Assembly: GCA_040219065.1 (NCBI GenBank)
Contig: JAVJTD010000261.1
Location: 657-64,656 of the forward strand
Reading direction: 5' to 3'
Source of the DNA: Planctomycetota bacterium
GTDB taxonomy: Bacteria > Planctomycetota > OFTM77
DNA: 64,000 nucleotides
The position numbers and the translations under genes are program-made. Positions 28,662 to 37,870 of the stretch are shown piece after piece (within the stretch, counting starts at the first letter, position 1; every line of letters starts with the position of its first letter). The notes below the pieces were generated by a model. The model was not told where the DNA came from. It saw nothing but the letters and a program-made list of their open reading frames with translations, and did not search any database.

Positions 28662-29332
28662 GCTCTGCCCCCAGATTCCTCGCTGTCTTCCCTGCACCCA
28701 CTTGCCGTGTTCCTCCCACCTTGACAGCGCCCGAGTGCCTTCATCGTGACAACAACCGCCCGCCACTGGGCGGAGGAGGACACCGTGCTTCATTCTTCCA
28801 ATGCGGGATCTGCCGCTCTCTGGGCGGTCGAGAGACTCACGCGCTCGATCCTTCCCGTGCTCCAGGCTTCTTGGGTCCTGGGCATCGCGCTCGAGCTCGG
28901 ACTCCTGACGGTGGACAGAGCGGCTGCGGGGAAGCAAGGTCCACCCCCCAAGCGATGGCCGCCGGGCTCCGCATTGCCATTCTCGGCGAACGGGTTCACG
29001 CTCATCATGGCGGTCCCTCCGGGCTGCATTTACACGCATGAAGGTCACAGCGAGCAGGCTCGGCTGATGACGGGCTGCTCAGACGAATTGACCGCACTCG
29101 TCCCGTTCATCCTGTCCGAAGTGCAGCCTGCTGGCTGGGAGCACAGGTCTCCTTGGAAGGAAGCTTCGCTCATTCCAGCCTCGGTCGAGCTGCCTTGGCA
29201 CTCAGCAACACCTTCCACCGACCGTGTTGTGCGGCCGCCCAAAGGCATCAGCGACGGTCCGATCGCCTCGTAGGGCAGAGCCTCGACGGCTCGTGGAGAT
29301 TCCCTGCGATCCTCCCTTCACAGGATTCCAAT

Positions 29333-30610
29333 ATGTCATCACCCGACTGCCGACCCGAGATCGCCGTTGTCGACGACGACCCGATCACGATGCGAGTCAT
29401 CGAGCGCGTGCTGAATCAGGAGTTTCACGTACGAAGCTTCTCGGATGCCAGCTCACTGCTCGAGGCCGTTCGCGCCTCACCGCCCGAGATCATCATCTCG
29501 GATGTGCAGATGCCGGGGGTGTCCGGCTTCGATCTGGTGCAGTCGATTCGTTGCGATCGATCGCTGCCCTACATCCCGATCCTTCTGATCAGCGGCACGA
29601 CGACGAGCGAGACCGTTGCGCGCGGTCTCGATGGAGGCGCCGATGACTACCTCAGCAAGCCAATCGAGCCCTCGCGGCTCCTGGCACGCATCCGCGCCGC
29701 ACTTCGGATCCGCCGAGCGATGCATGAGCTGGATGCGAAGAACCGTGAGCTCGGAGAAGCACTCGAGAAGTTGCACGACACCCAAGTGCAAATGGTCCAC
29801 ATGCAACGCCTCGAGGCGATCGGTCAGTTAGCGGCTGGTATCGCGCATGAGATCAACACCCCGACCCAGTTCGTCAGTGACAACCTGTACTTTCTCTCCG
29901 ATGCCATCGCCGACAGCAAAGAAGCTGTCTCAAAGCTCCGGGCACTGACAGAGCTGCTGGCCGCCTCCCCGGAGCACGCAGCAGCAGAGGAGATCCTTGC
30001 CCTGCTCGAGAAGTCGATCTGCTCCAACGACGTCTGCCTCGCCCTGGACGACGCTCGACACGGCCTCGAGCGGATCACATCGATCGTGGGTGCAATGAAA
30101 GAATTCTCTCATCCCGGAACGGGTGAGAAAGTCGAGACCGACATCAACGCGGCGATCCAGACCACGCTCTCGGTGGCTCGGAACGAGTGGAAGTACGTAG
30201 CGGAAGTCACGCTACACTTGCTGCCAGATCTGGCTCTGCCTCGTGTACTTCCCGACGAGTTGAATCAGGTATTTCTCAACCTGATCGTCAACGGGGCCCA
30301 CGCCATCGACGAGCAAAACCTGCGCATCGGACGAGAGAAGGGCGAGCTGCACATTCGGACCTTCCACCAGGGTTCGGCGGTGTACGTCGAGTTCGAAGAT
30401 AACGGACCCGGCATTCCCGAGGAGATTCAGAAGCGCATCTTCGATCCGTTCTTCACGACGAAGCAAGTCGGTAAGGGGACGGGCCAAGGGCTGGCCATTG
30501 CCCGCTCGGTGGTCGTCGACAAGCACTCGGGCACCCTCGAGTACTTCCAGGCGTCGAGCGGCGGGGCGCTGTTCCGGGTTGGACTTCCGCTCTCGGAGGA
30601 GGCCGAATGA
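29333..30610 (+). CDS. hybrid signalling protein: N-terminal REC domain fused to HisKA + HATPase_c histidine kinase
   Basis: IAVVDDDPITMRVI...IIISDVQMPGVSGFDL...ADDYLSKPI (REC); H-box AAGIAHEINTP; N, G1, G2 boxes (LIVNGAHAI, DNGPGIP, GKGTGQGLAI). Confidence 0.88.
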   Translation: MSSPDCRPEIAVVDDDPITMRVIERVLNQEFHVRSFSDASSLLEAVRASPPEIIISDVQMPGVSGFDLVQSIRCDRSLPYIPILLISGTTTSETVARGLDGGADDYLSKPIEPSRLLARIRAALRIRRAMHELDAKNRELGEALEKLHDTQVQMVHMQRLEAIGQLAAGIAHEINTPTQFVSDNLYFLSDAIADSKEAVSKLRALTELLAASPEHAAAEEILALLEKSICSNDVCLALDDARHGLERITSIVGAMKEFSHPGTGEKVETDINAAIQTTLSVARNEWKYVAEVTLHLLPDLALPRVLPDELNQVFLNLIVNGAHAIDEQNLRIGREKGELHIRTFHQGSAVYVEFEDNGPGIPEEIQKRIFDPFFTTKQVGKGTGQGLAIARSVVVDKHSGTLEYFQASSGGALFRVGLPLSEEAE

Positions 30611-31752
30611 TGGAAGGAGGAGATCTCTTTCGGGGTCGCGTGCTGTTCGTCGACGACGAGCCAACGGTCTTACGGGGACTCGAGCGCATGCTGCATCGTC
30701 GCCGAGCGGAGTGGGATCTGATGTTCGCGGGGACTGGTGCTGAAGCCCTTTCGATGATGGCGGCGAAGCAGACGGACATCATCGTGTCCGACATGCGGAT
30801 GCCGGGCCTCGATGGTCCGGAACTACTGGCGAAGGTCCGTGAGCGTCATCCCGCAACGACGAGGATCGCTCTCTCGGGAAATGCGGAGGACTCCCTGGTT
30901 CGGCGGTGTGTGACCGTGGCGCATCAGTACCTGTCGAAGCCATGCTCCCGGCAGGAAGTGGAGGATCTCCTCGAGCGGACCTTCACGCTGCGTGAGCTCC
31001 TTTCTGATCCCGAGCTCGAGGCGTTGACGGCCTCTCTCGAGAAGCTCCCGAGCTCTCCAGCCATGTACCGAGAGATCTGCCGAGAGTTCGAGCGCGAGGA
31101 GCCGTGCACGAATCGGGTGGCCGCGATCATCCGCTCCGACCCCGCCATGGCGGCCAAGGTGCTGCAGCTTGCCAACTCGGCCTTCTTCAGGCGGCGGGTT
31201 CCGGTGGCTGACGTCCGTCAAGCGGTGATGCACCTCGGGCTCTCGACGATCCGCACTCTGGTCCTGGGGCTGGAAGTCTTCAAGCCGGCCGACGGTCAGT
31301 TGGATCTGCTTCAGGCCGAAGCACTCTGGAGCGTGAGCAGCCGGGTCGCCGGGCTGAGCCTCTTCGCGCTCGAGATTCTCGGCTTTCCCAAGAAGGTCGC
31401 CGAGGAAGGACTCTCGGCGGGACTGCTGCACCTGGTCGGCCGCATCGCTACTTTGCATCTGGAGCCTGCTGTGGTCGAAGACCCGGACACGGTCGCCCAC
31501 ATTGGCGCCTACCTGCTCGGCATCTGGGGCCTGCCGCACTCCATCGTGGAGGCGGTCGCCTTCCAGAACGACCCGAGCGCCTCTCGTGCGACACAAGGTT
31601 CTGTCTTGACAGGACTCTACATTGCGAAACACCTTGCCGGAGCGCATCGTGCCCAACCAGAGCTTGACGAACAGTACTTCGAACAGATCGGGCTCGTTGC
31701 AGACTGGGAGAGATGGCGGCGTGCGGCACAGGCACGGGAGAGTCAGGGATGA
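30607..31752 (+). CDS. response regulator with HDOD output domain
   Basis: REC (VLFVDDEPTVLRGL...IIVSDMRMPGLDG...YLSKP) followed by HDOD (SDPAMAAKVLQLANSAFF...VMHLGLSTIRTLVL); ATGA overlap with the upstream gene. Confidence 0.88.
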   Translation: MMEGGDLFRGRVLFVDDEPTVLRGLERMLHRRRAEWDLMFAGTGAEALSMMAAKQTDIIVSDMRMPGLDGPELLAKVRERHPATTRIALSGNAEDSLVRRCVTVAHQYLSKPCSRQEVEDLLERTFTLRELLSDPELEALTASLEKLPSSPAMYREICREFEREEPCTNRVAAIIRSDPAMAAKVLQLANSAFFRRRVPVADVRQAVMHLGLSTIRTLVLGLEVFKPADGQLDLLQAEALWSVSSRVAGLSLFALEILGFPKKVAEEGLSAGLLHLVGRIATLHLEPAVVEDPDTVAHIGAYLLGIWGLPHSIVEAVAFQNDPSASRATQGSVLTGLYIAKHLAGAHRAQPELDEQYFEQIGLVADWERWRRAAQARESQG

Positions 31753-32897
31753 GTGATAAGATCCTGTTCGTCGACGACGACCCGAGGCTTCTCGCGTCCT
31801 GCGAGAGGAACCTGCGAAAGCACTTCAGCATCGTCACCGCGGAGGGACCACAAGAAGGCCTTCGTCTTCTCGATCAGGCGGACGAGTTCGCCGTGGTCGT
31901 CTCGGACATGCGCATGCCTGGGATGAACGGGGTCGAGTTTCTCGCCGAGGTCCAAAAGCTCTGCCCGATGACGGTGAGGCTGATCCTGACGGGCCAGGCG
32001 GACCAGAACACCACGATCGCCGCGGTGAATCAGGGGAACCTCTTCCGGTTCCTGTTGAAGCCATGCAGCATCCCCGAGCTGACGCGGGCCATTTCAGCGG
32101 GCCTTCGGCAGTACCAGCTCCAGCGCTCCGAACGAGACTTGCTCGAAAAGACGGTGGCTGGCGCCGTCGAGGTGCTCGCCGAGGTCTTGGCTCTGGTGAG
32201 TCCGTCCGCGCTGGGACGCTCAAAAGCGCTTCAAACGCGGGTTCAGAGAGTCGCGGCCGAGCTCGGTCTGGAGTCGAGCTGGAGCCTGGATGTCGCCGCC
32301 AACCTCTCTCAGATCGGCTCGGTCACACTACCGGAGAGCCTCACCGAGAAGGCGTACCACGGGCGGCCACTCGATGCAGTCGAACGAGAGCAGTTCAGCC
32401 AGCGGACGGAAGTGGGCGCGAACCTGCTCCGGCGGATACCTCGCCTCGAAGAAGCGTCTCAAATCGTCGCGCTCCAGGATTCGAGCTGGAAGGATCTCTC
32501 TGAAACGCAACCGCCCCTCTCCCCGAGCATCCTTTGGGGAGCGAGCATCCTCAAGGCGGTCAACAGCTACGAGACCTTCAAGGCCTTCGGCAGAGAGAGG
32601 GCCAGCATCCTGGAGGAGTTGAAGGGCGCGAGCGACGAGTTTCGCCCCGAGGTCGTGGACGCGATGGGCCGGCTCGAGGAAGAGACCGTATGGTACGAGC
32701 CCGCACAGGTGCTCGCCAAAGACTTGGTGCCTGGGATGATCCTCGCCCAGGACCTTCGTACGCGCTCCGGGATCTTGCTCATCAGCCGCGGCCAGGATGT
32801 GAGCGAGACACTCTGCATCCGCCTGACCAATTTCTCCGATTCCCTCGGAGTCGACCGCGGGTGGATCCAGGTCTTCAGACCGATCGTTTCCGAGTGA
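31749..32897 (+). CDS. response regulator with degenerate (probably catalytically inactive) HD-GYP-like domain
   Basis: REC (ILFVDDDPRLL...VVVSDMRMPGMNG...FLLKP). C-terminal domain is colinear with HD-GYP but the metal-ligand motifs are replaced (HDIGK to SQIGS; HHERWDG to LQDSSWKD). Confidence 0.75.
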   Translation: MSDKILFVDDDPRLLASCERNLRKHFSIVTAEGPQEGLRLLDQADEFAVVVSDMRMPGMNGVEFLAEVQKLCPMTVRLILTGQADQNTTIAAVNQGNLFRFLLKPCSIPELTRAISAGLRQYQLQRSERDLLEKTVAGAVEVLAEVLALVSPSALGRSKALQTRVQRVAAELGLESSWSLDVAANLSQIGSVTLPESLTEKAYHGRPLDAVEREQFSQRTEVGANLLRRIPRLEEASQIVALQDSSWKDLSETQPPLSPSILWGASILKAVNSYETFKAFGRERASILEELKGASDEFRPEVVDAMGRLEEETVWYEPAQVLAKDLVPGMILAQDLRTRSGILLISRGQDVSETLCIRLTNFSDSLGVDRGWIQVFRPIVSE

Positions 32898-33043
32898 AGC
32901 GAGATGCAGTTGCCCGTCGCCCCGGCACACCACAGAGTCACTCGGCTACGAGGATCGCCTCGAGCTGGGAGCTCCATGACTCCGGACAGGGATTCCGTCC
33001 TCGGTCAGCTCGGCCCCGCTGGAAGCGATCGCGGCGAGTGCCG

Positions 33044-35080
33044 CTAGCCTGTCATCCTGCCGTTCAGAGCCGTCGGTCGGCCGAACAGGTAGCCCTGGGC
33101 GAACTCGACGCCGATGTCACGCAGCACATCTCGATCGGGTGCCCGCTCGACGCCTTCGGCGATGACTCTGGCATCGAGCGCCCGGGCCGTCTGGACGAGC
33201 CGTTCGAGACGCCGGCGCGCACCGCGCTCCTCGGCCACCTCATGCACGAACCTCCGGTCGATCTTGACGGTGTCCGCTTCGAGCAAGATCAGAGCTTCGA
33301 GCGAGCTCCGGCCGTAGCCGACATCGTCGATGGCGATGAGGCAGCCGACTCGTGAACGCAAACGGTGCACTCGATCGACGAGCTGCTGGGGGTCGCCGAC
33401 CACCATCTGCTCGTTGATCTCCAAGCAGAGCCGCCGAGGATCGTCGACGCGCTGCAATCGTTCGGCGAGAAGGTCCAGGTCGACTTCGAGGAGCGTCGAT
33501 GGGAACACATTCACGTGCACGGTTCGCTCCCCTGCAACCTGTGACATGCCGCTCAAACAGCAGTCCAGGCAGGCGAGATCCATCGCTGTCAGCAAGTTGA
33601 GCTCGCGATGAAACTGAAAGAGACGGTTCGGGGACTCCAGCGGCCCTTTCGGTCCGCGGATGAGGAGCTCCCAGCCTACCGTCTCGCCATCGCACAGCGC
33701 CACGATCGGCTGCATGACCGCGTGCAGTTGCTCCCGGGTGGTCACACCGACAGCCGCAGGGCGGTGCGACGAACTGACGACGTTCTTACCCGAGCGCTTG
33801 GCCTGCCCGAGCGCTTGGCTCGAATCGGCAACGATGGCGTCGAGCTCCGGTCGATCGGGATCGACGGACTCGACACCGCAACTGATCTGCACGCTCACGG
33901 GGCCGGCCGAGGTCTCGACAGGCTCACTCGCGACGGCAAGCCGAAGTCGTTCTGCTTGCTGCATCGCCTCGGACACGCGCGTCTCAACGGCGAGCACCAG
34001 GAACTCATCGCCGCCGATGCGCGCGACGCGGTCCGATTCCCGCACCGCATCCTCGATCCGGGCCGCGACCGTGCGGAGCACTTGATCTCCGACGTTATGC
34101 CCGAACTGCTCGTTGACGGCTTTGAAGTCGTCGATGTCGATCAGGATGACCGCAGCGCTGGAGCCGTGACGACGAAGGCGAGCGGCCTCGACGGCGAGCA
34201 CGACTTCGAAGCCTCGCCTGTTGAGTAGCGCCGTCAACGGGTCTCGATCGGCCAACTCCCGCAGCTTGAGATTGGCGCGTTCCAGCCGCACCGCGGCTGC
34301 CTCCAACTGCGCCTCGTACATCTTCTGCTCACTGATGTCGCGCGAGATGCCCGAGATGCCCACCACGCGCCGTTTACGGTCTCGCAGTGGCGAAAGGCTG
34401 AGTGAAACGGGAATTCGACGACCGTCCCGGCTCAGATGCTCCGTCTCGAATGGCTCCACCGTCTGCCCGGCGGAGGCACACCGGTCGGCGACGGCCATCT
34501 CCGCCTGACGATCATCTGGGACGACTCGCAAGAAAGGCTGACCGCACATTTCGTCGGCACTGTAGCCGAACATGCGCGTCGCAGCCGCGTTCCAGTGCGT
34601 GACGTTGCCTTCCCGATCCTTGGCGATGATCGCATCGCCTGAAGCAGAAACGATCGCCACCAGTCGCGCTGTGACTTCCTGGAAGACCGGCAGCCGCATC
34701 GCGTGCCGCATCGTCGGAACGAGCGCGATGACGGTTGCCAGCGAGACGGTCGCCGTGACCGCCTTGGCCACACCCGAGGCAGGGTAGACTGGCCACCAGA
34801 AGATCATCGCCTCGAGCAGATGCACGGTGCCGCAGGCGAAGATGAAGGTCGCGAACAAAGCCAGAACGCGTGGAAACGGCAGATCGCGCCGACGCCACAG
34901 AAACGAAGCCAAGACGAACGGAATGGCTGTGTAAGCCGCGAACGTCAGCAAGTCCGAGATGATGTGCAGCCAACCGAGCCACGCGGGCCAAGATCCACAG
35001 CTCCACCTCGGAGGAAAGGCGTCGGTGGCAAACGCTCGCTCGAACCAATCCCACATGGTTTCTCTCGGAAGAAAGGGCAC
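33044..35080 (-). CDS. membrane sensor with ETR1/ethylene-binding-like N-terminal TM domain, PAS, GGDEF and EAL domains
   Basis: N-terminus AYTAIPFVLASFLW...FATFIFACGTVHLLEA resembles ethylene-receptor-type TM sensor modules; PAS (ASGDAIIAKDREGNVTHWNAAATRMFGY); RIGGDEF; EAL domain with ELLIRG and DDVGYG motifs. Confidence 0.85.
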   Translation of the reverse strand: MPFLPRETMWDWFERAFATDAFPPRWSCGSWPAWLGWLHIISDLLTFAAYTAIPFVLASFLWRRRDLPFPRVLALFATFIFACGTVHLLEAMIFWWPVYPASGVAKAVTATVSLATVIALVPTMRHAMRLPVFQEVTARLVAIVSASGDAIIAKDREGNVTHWNAAATRMFGYSADEMCGQPFLRVVPDDRQAEMAVADRCASAGQTVEPFETEHLSRDGRRIPVSLSLSPLRDRKRRVVGISGISRDISEQKMYEAQLEAAAVRLERANLKLRELADRDPLTALLNRRGFEVVLAVEAARLRRHGSSAAVILIDIDDFKAVNEQFGHNVGDQVLRTVAARIEDAVRESDRVARIGGDEFLVLAVETRVSEAMQQAERLRLAVASEPVETSAGPVSVQISCGVESVDPDRPELDAIVADSSQALGQAKRSGKNVVSSSHRPAAVGVTTREQLHAVMQPIVALCDGETVGWELLIRGPKGPLESPNRLFQFHRELNLLTAMDLACLDCCLSGMSQVAGERTVHVNVFPSTLLEVDLDLLAERLQRVDDPRRLCLEINEQMVVGDPQQLVDRVHRLRSRVGCLIAIDDVGYGRSSLEALILLEADTVKIDRRFVHEVAEERGARRRLERLVQTARALDARVIAEGVERAPDRDVLRDIGVEFAQGYLFGRPTALNGRMTG

Positions 35081-35590
35081 CTGGGTCGAGGGAGCAGAGC
35101 GTCGCGAGAATTGTCCAGGCGTGAAGGGCTTGTTTCGAGGGACATTCTAGAACTTCTCTCCTTCGAAGCAAGCATTGAGTGATTGAAGCTCGCTACCGCG
35201 CCGGCTCGCCCGGCAGCTCGAGGACGCCCCATTGCTCGATGTTCAGGGACGGTATTCGTTCGTCCGACACGGAAAGAGTGAGGGACTCCTTCTCCACCGG
35301 CTGACCTCCATGCCGACCAGAGAGGGTGCCGCATCAGCAATTGAAGACAGCTCCCCATTCGACTTCGAGGCTCAGGCCAGCTCAGCGAGGGACGAGCTCG
35401 GCGCCGCCTTGGAAGTGGTCGGAGTCGACCTGTCCCCCGAGCTCTCGCATCGGCACGGCCTGGTCGTTCAAGACTCGCCCTTGAACCAGCGAGCCGAAGA
35501 CGAAGTCATTCCCCGGGACGATTCGTCAACCCAACTCACGAATCTCAAGAGGTCCGGGAGTCGCGCTTGGATTCATCTCGCCACGTTTCG

Positions 35591-35614
35591 GCCCGGGCGG
35601 CGAGCCGCCCGGGC
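35591..35614 (-). terminator. perfect GC hairpin downstream of the sigma-factor gene (gcccgggcgg-cgag-ccgcccgggc)
   Basis: 10-bp perfect stem with 4-nt loop ~25 nt after the sigma gene stop; no U-tract, as is common in high-GC genomes. Confidence 0.35.
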
Positions 35615-35636
35615 GTCTGACTCTGCGGTCGATGGA

Positions 35637-36824
35637 TCAGAGATAAGCGGCGAGCTCGTGGCTCTGGTCGGAGAGCTTGAGCTTGGAGAGAGCGCTCATC
35701 TGGAGCTGACGAATGCGCTCGCGCGAGACGTCGAAGCGCGTGCCGATCTCTTCGAGGGTGTGGGTGCGATCGCAGCCGATGCCGAATCGGAGCTTGAGGA
35801 CCTCGCGCTCTCGCTCGGGTAGGCTGGAGAGCACCTGGCGGATGCTCCGCCTCAAGCTGGTCTCTTCGATGATCTCGGCGGGAGCGGGCGTCTTCTCGTC
35901 TTCGAGACGCTCGCGCAAGCTGCCGCGCTCATCGGGATCGACCGAGCGCTCGAGGCTCACCGTTCCCGAGCTCAGCCGCAGCACGCGACGCACCTCGGTC
36001 GGCGAGAGGCCGGCGGTGTTGTCGTCCTTCACCTCGTCGTTCGGGCCGATCTCACCGCTGCGCATCAAGCGCCGCAGGCGCTGCTGGAGATAGATCGGCA
36101 CGCGAACGGTGCGGAGGTTGTTCGACAGCGAGCGCTTGATACCGTCCTGGATCCACCAGGTGGCGTAGGTCCCGAAGCGGCAGTTTCGTCGCCAGTCGAA
36201 CTTGTTCACGGCGCGGAGCAGGCCGATGTTGCCTTCCTGGACCAGGTCGTCGAGCGGCATGCCGAAGTGGCTGTACCGGCGCCCGATTCGGGCGACCAGG
36301 AACAGGTAACACTGGACGATATCTTCGCGCAGGGCGCTGAACTCACGCACACGCAGCCGGAAGAGGGCGAACTTGACCTGCCCCACCTTGCCACGTCGGC
36401 CCGGCCGACTCTTGGTGAGGATGTCGTCGACGACCTCGATCCCCTTGGCCTTGTCGCGAGGAAACGCTTCGTCGTGGGCGGTGAGGAGGAGGTTCCGAGC
36501 GACCTCGAATCGCTTGAAGAGGAGCTGCTCGTCTTCGCGGGTGAGCTGGACCAGGTCGTCCACGGCGAGTACATCGACACCGGGATCGACTCGCTGGAGC
36601 TCTGGATCGATCTCGTCGGTCTCGGTCTCTTCGAATCTCGTCTCGGAGAGGCGCTCGTGCAACACAGGAAGCTCGAGGCGATTGAGCTCGGAGACGAGCT
36701 TGTTCTGTATGGCGACCGTCCGGCTGGGGTAGGCCGCGATCAGCTCGTCGATCTGCTGACCCAAGACGAGATCTTGCTCGTGGGCGCGCTCGAAGAGCTG
36801 CAACATCTGATTCTTGAGTGTCAT
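35637..36824 (-). CDS. RNA polymerase sigma factor, sigma-70 family (RpoD/RpoS-like alternative sigma)
   Basis: Region 2 (DLVQEGNIGLLRAVNKFDWRRNCRFGTYATWWIQDGIKR), region 3 and region 4 HTH (HTLEEIGTRFDVSRERIRQLQMSALSKL); start placed at the internal ATG (MTLKNQ) to avoid overlap with merR; ORF is open to 36926. Confidence 0.8.
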   Translation of the reverse strand: MTLKNQMLQLFERAHEQDLVLGQQIDELIAAYPSRTVAIQNKLVSELNRLELPVLHERLSETRFEETETDEIDPELQRVDPGVDVLAVDDLVQLTREDEQLLFKRFEVARNLLLTAHDEAFPRDKAKGIEVVDDILTKSRPGRRGKVGQVKFALFRLRVREFSALREDIVQCYLFLVARIGRRYSHFGMPLDDLVQEGNIGLLRAVNKFDWRRNCRFGTYATWWIQDGIKRSLSNNLRTVRVPIYLQQRLRRLMRSGEIGPNDEVKDDNTAGLSPTEVRRVLRLSSGTVSLERSVDPDERGSLRERLEDEKTPAPAEIIEETSLRRSIRQVLSSLPEREREVLKLRFGIGCDRTHTLEEIGTRFDVSRERIRQLQMSALSKLKLSDQSHELAAYL

Positions 36825-36885
36825 GTTCTTCGATCCATTCACTTTGGTCGTGGGACCAGAAACCGCCTTCAATCCGACCCTCGCA

Positions 36886-37356
36886 TCAACGAAGAATCGT
36901 CCCCAGGACTCGAGGCAAGTCGTCATCTTTACCGCCGAGGCAGTCGAGGCAGCCGGAACGATCGGTTTGCTTCGAGCATTCCTGGCAGCCCCGGATCTTC
37001 TGGCGAGCTTTCTCCAGCGACTGGAGCAGCTCTTCGAGCCGTCGAATCCGGTCCCGAATCGCCTCCTGTTGATTCGCGAACGCCTTGTCGAGTGTCGCGG
37101 ATCGCTCGGGAGTGACTCGGTCCCAGTCCGTCGGTTTACGAAGAAGAGCGACGTCTTCCAAGCTCAGTCCGGCGAGTTTTAGATCTTGGATGCACTGAAC
37201 GTCCGCAATGGTCGATTCTTCGAAGAGTCGAAATCCGCCGGAGCTCCTCTCGGCCGCCTGAATCAGCCCCAACTGCTCGTAGAAGCGGATGGTACGCGTC
37301 GTCGAGCACGTGCGTTTGGCGAGCTGTCCGATGGTGAGGTGCCGAGGTTTCGTCAC
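36886..37356 (-). CDS. MerR-family transcriptional regulator
   Basis: N-terminal HTH LTIGQLAKRTCSTTRTIRFYEQLGLI, coiled-coil dimerisation helix, C-terminal Cys cluster (CQECSKQTDRSGCLDC) suggesting a metal/redox-sensing MerR. Confidence 0.8.
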   Translation of the reverse strand: MTKPRHLTIGQLAKRTCSTTRTIRFYEQLGLIQAAERSSGGFRLFEESTIADVQCIQDLKLAGLSLEDVALLRKPTDWDRVTPERSATLDKAFANQQEAIRDRIRRLEELLQSLEKARQKIRGCQECSKQTDRSGCLDCLGGKDDDLPRVLGTILR

Positions 37357-37375
37357 GATGTCGCTCCGATATCTA

Positions 37376-37391
37376 ACCTTTACGTGAAGGT
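37376..37391. promoter_or_regulatory. near-perfect 16-bp palindrome ACCTTtACGTgAAGGT, candidate MerR operator
   Basis: Lies ~20 nt upstream of the merR start between TTGACC-like and TATCGG-like hexamers on the minus strand. Confidence 0.4.
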
Positions 37392-37870
37392 CAAAGTTTA
37401 ACGTCGAGGCCCGTAGGATTCAACACCGGGCCCCGCGTGGGGCGGCTCGCGAGGATCCATCTCAAAACGACTTAGCTCCAACCCCTCACGAGCGGCCCGG
37501 GAGCTGGGCCTTCACTGCTCGTCCACCCCCTTTAGACGCACCCCGCTCCCTCACCACCTCGTCGATATTCGACTGGATCCTCTCCATCCTCGCCGCTCCT
37601 CCCAGCACTCCCCCTCCTCGCCGATGCCCTCCCCGACCCCCTTCCACCCCCAACGAAGCAGTCCGCCTAAGCCGTTCCTTTTCAAAGAGTCACAATGGCC
37701 GCGCGGATGGAGCCCGCCTTCAAGGACCGGGCGCTCCTGGCCGATGATCTCCTTGAGCTTTCCCGGCCTCAGGCCAATCCGACCAAGGTCGCCAAGATCG
37801 CTTCGCAGAAAAGCCGCGCACTCATCCGACATTGCCGACCGACGGCCGCCCGAAAGGAGCCCCCCCTCCG

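Noticed and set aside
28602-29273. ORFs 28746..29273 (+, 175 aa) and 28602..29048 (-, 148 aa)
   Set aside because: Poor codon bias (many A/T-ending codons or Arg-rich junk) and no recognisable motifs; region treated as decayed/non-coding.
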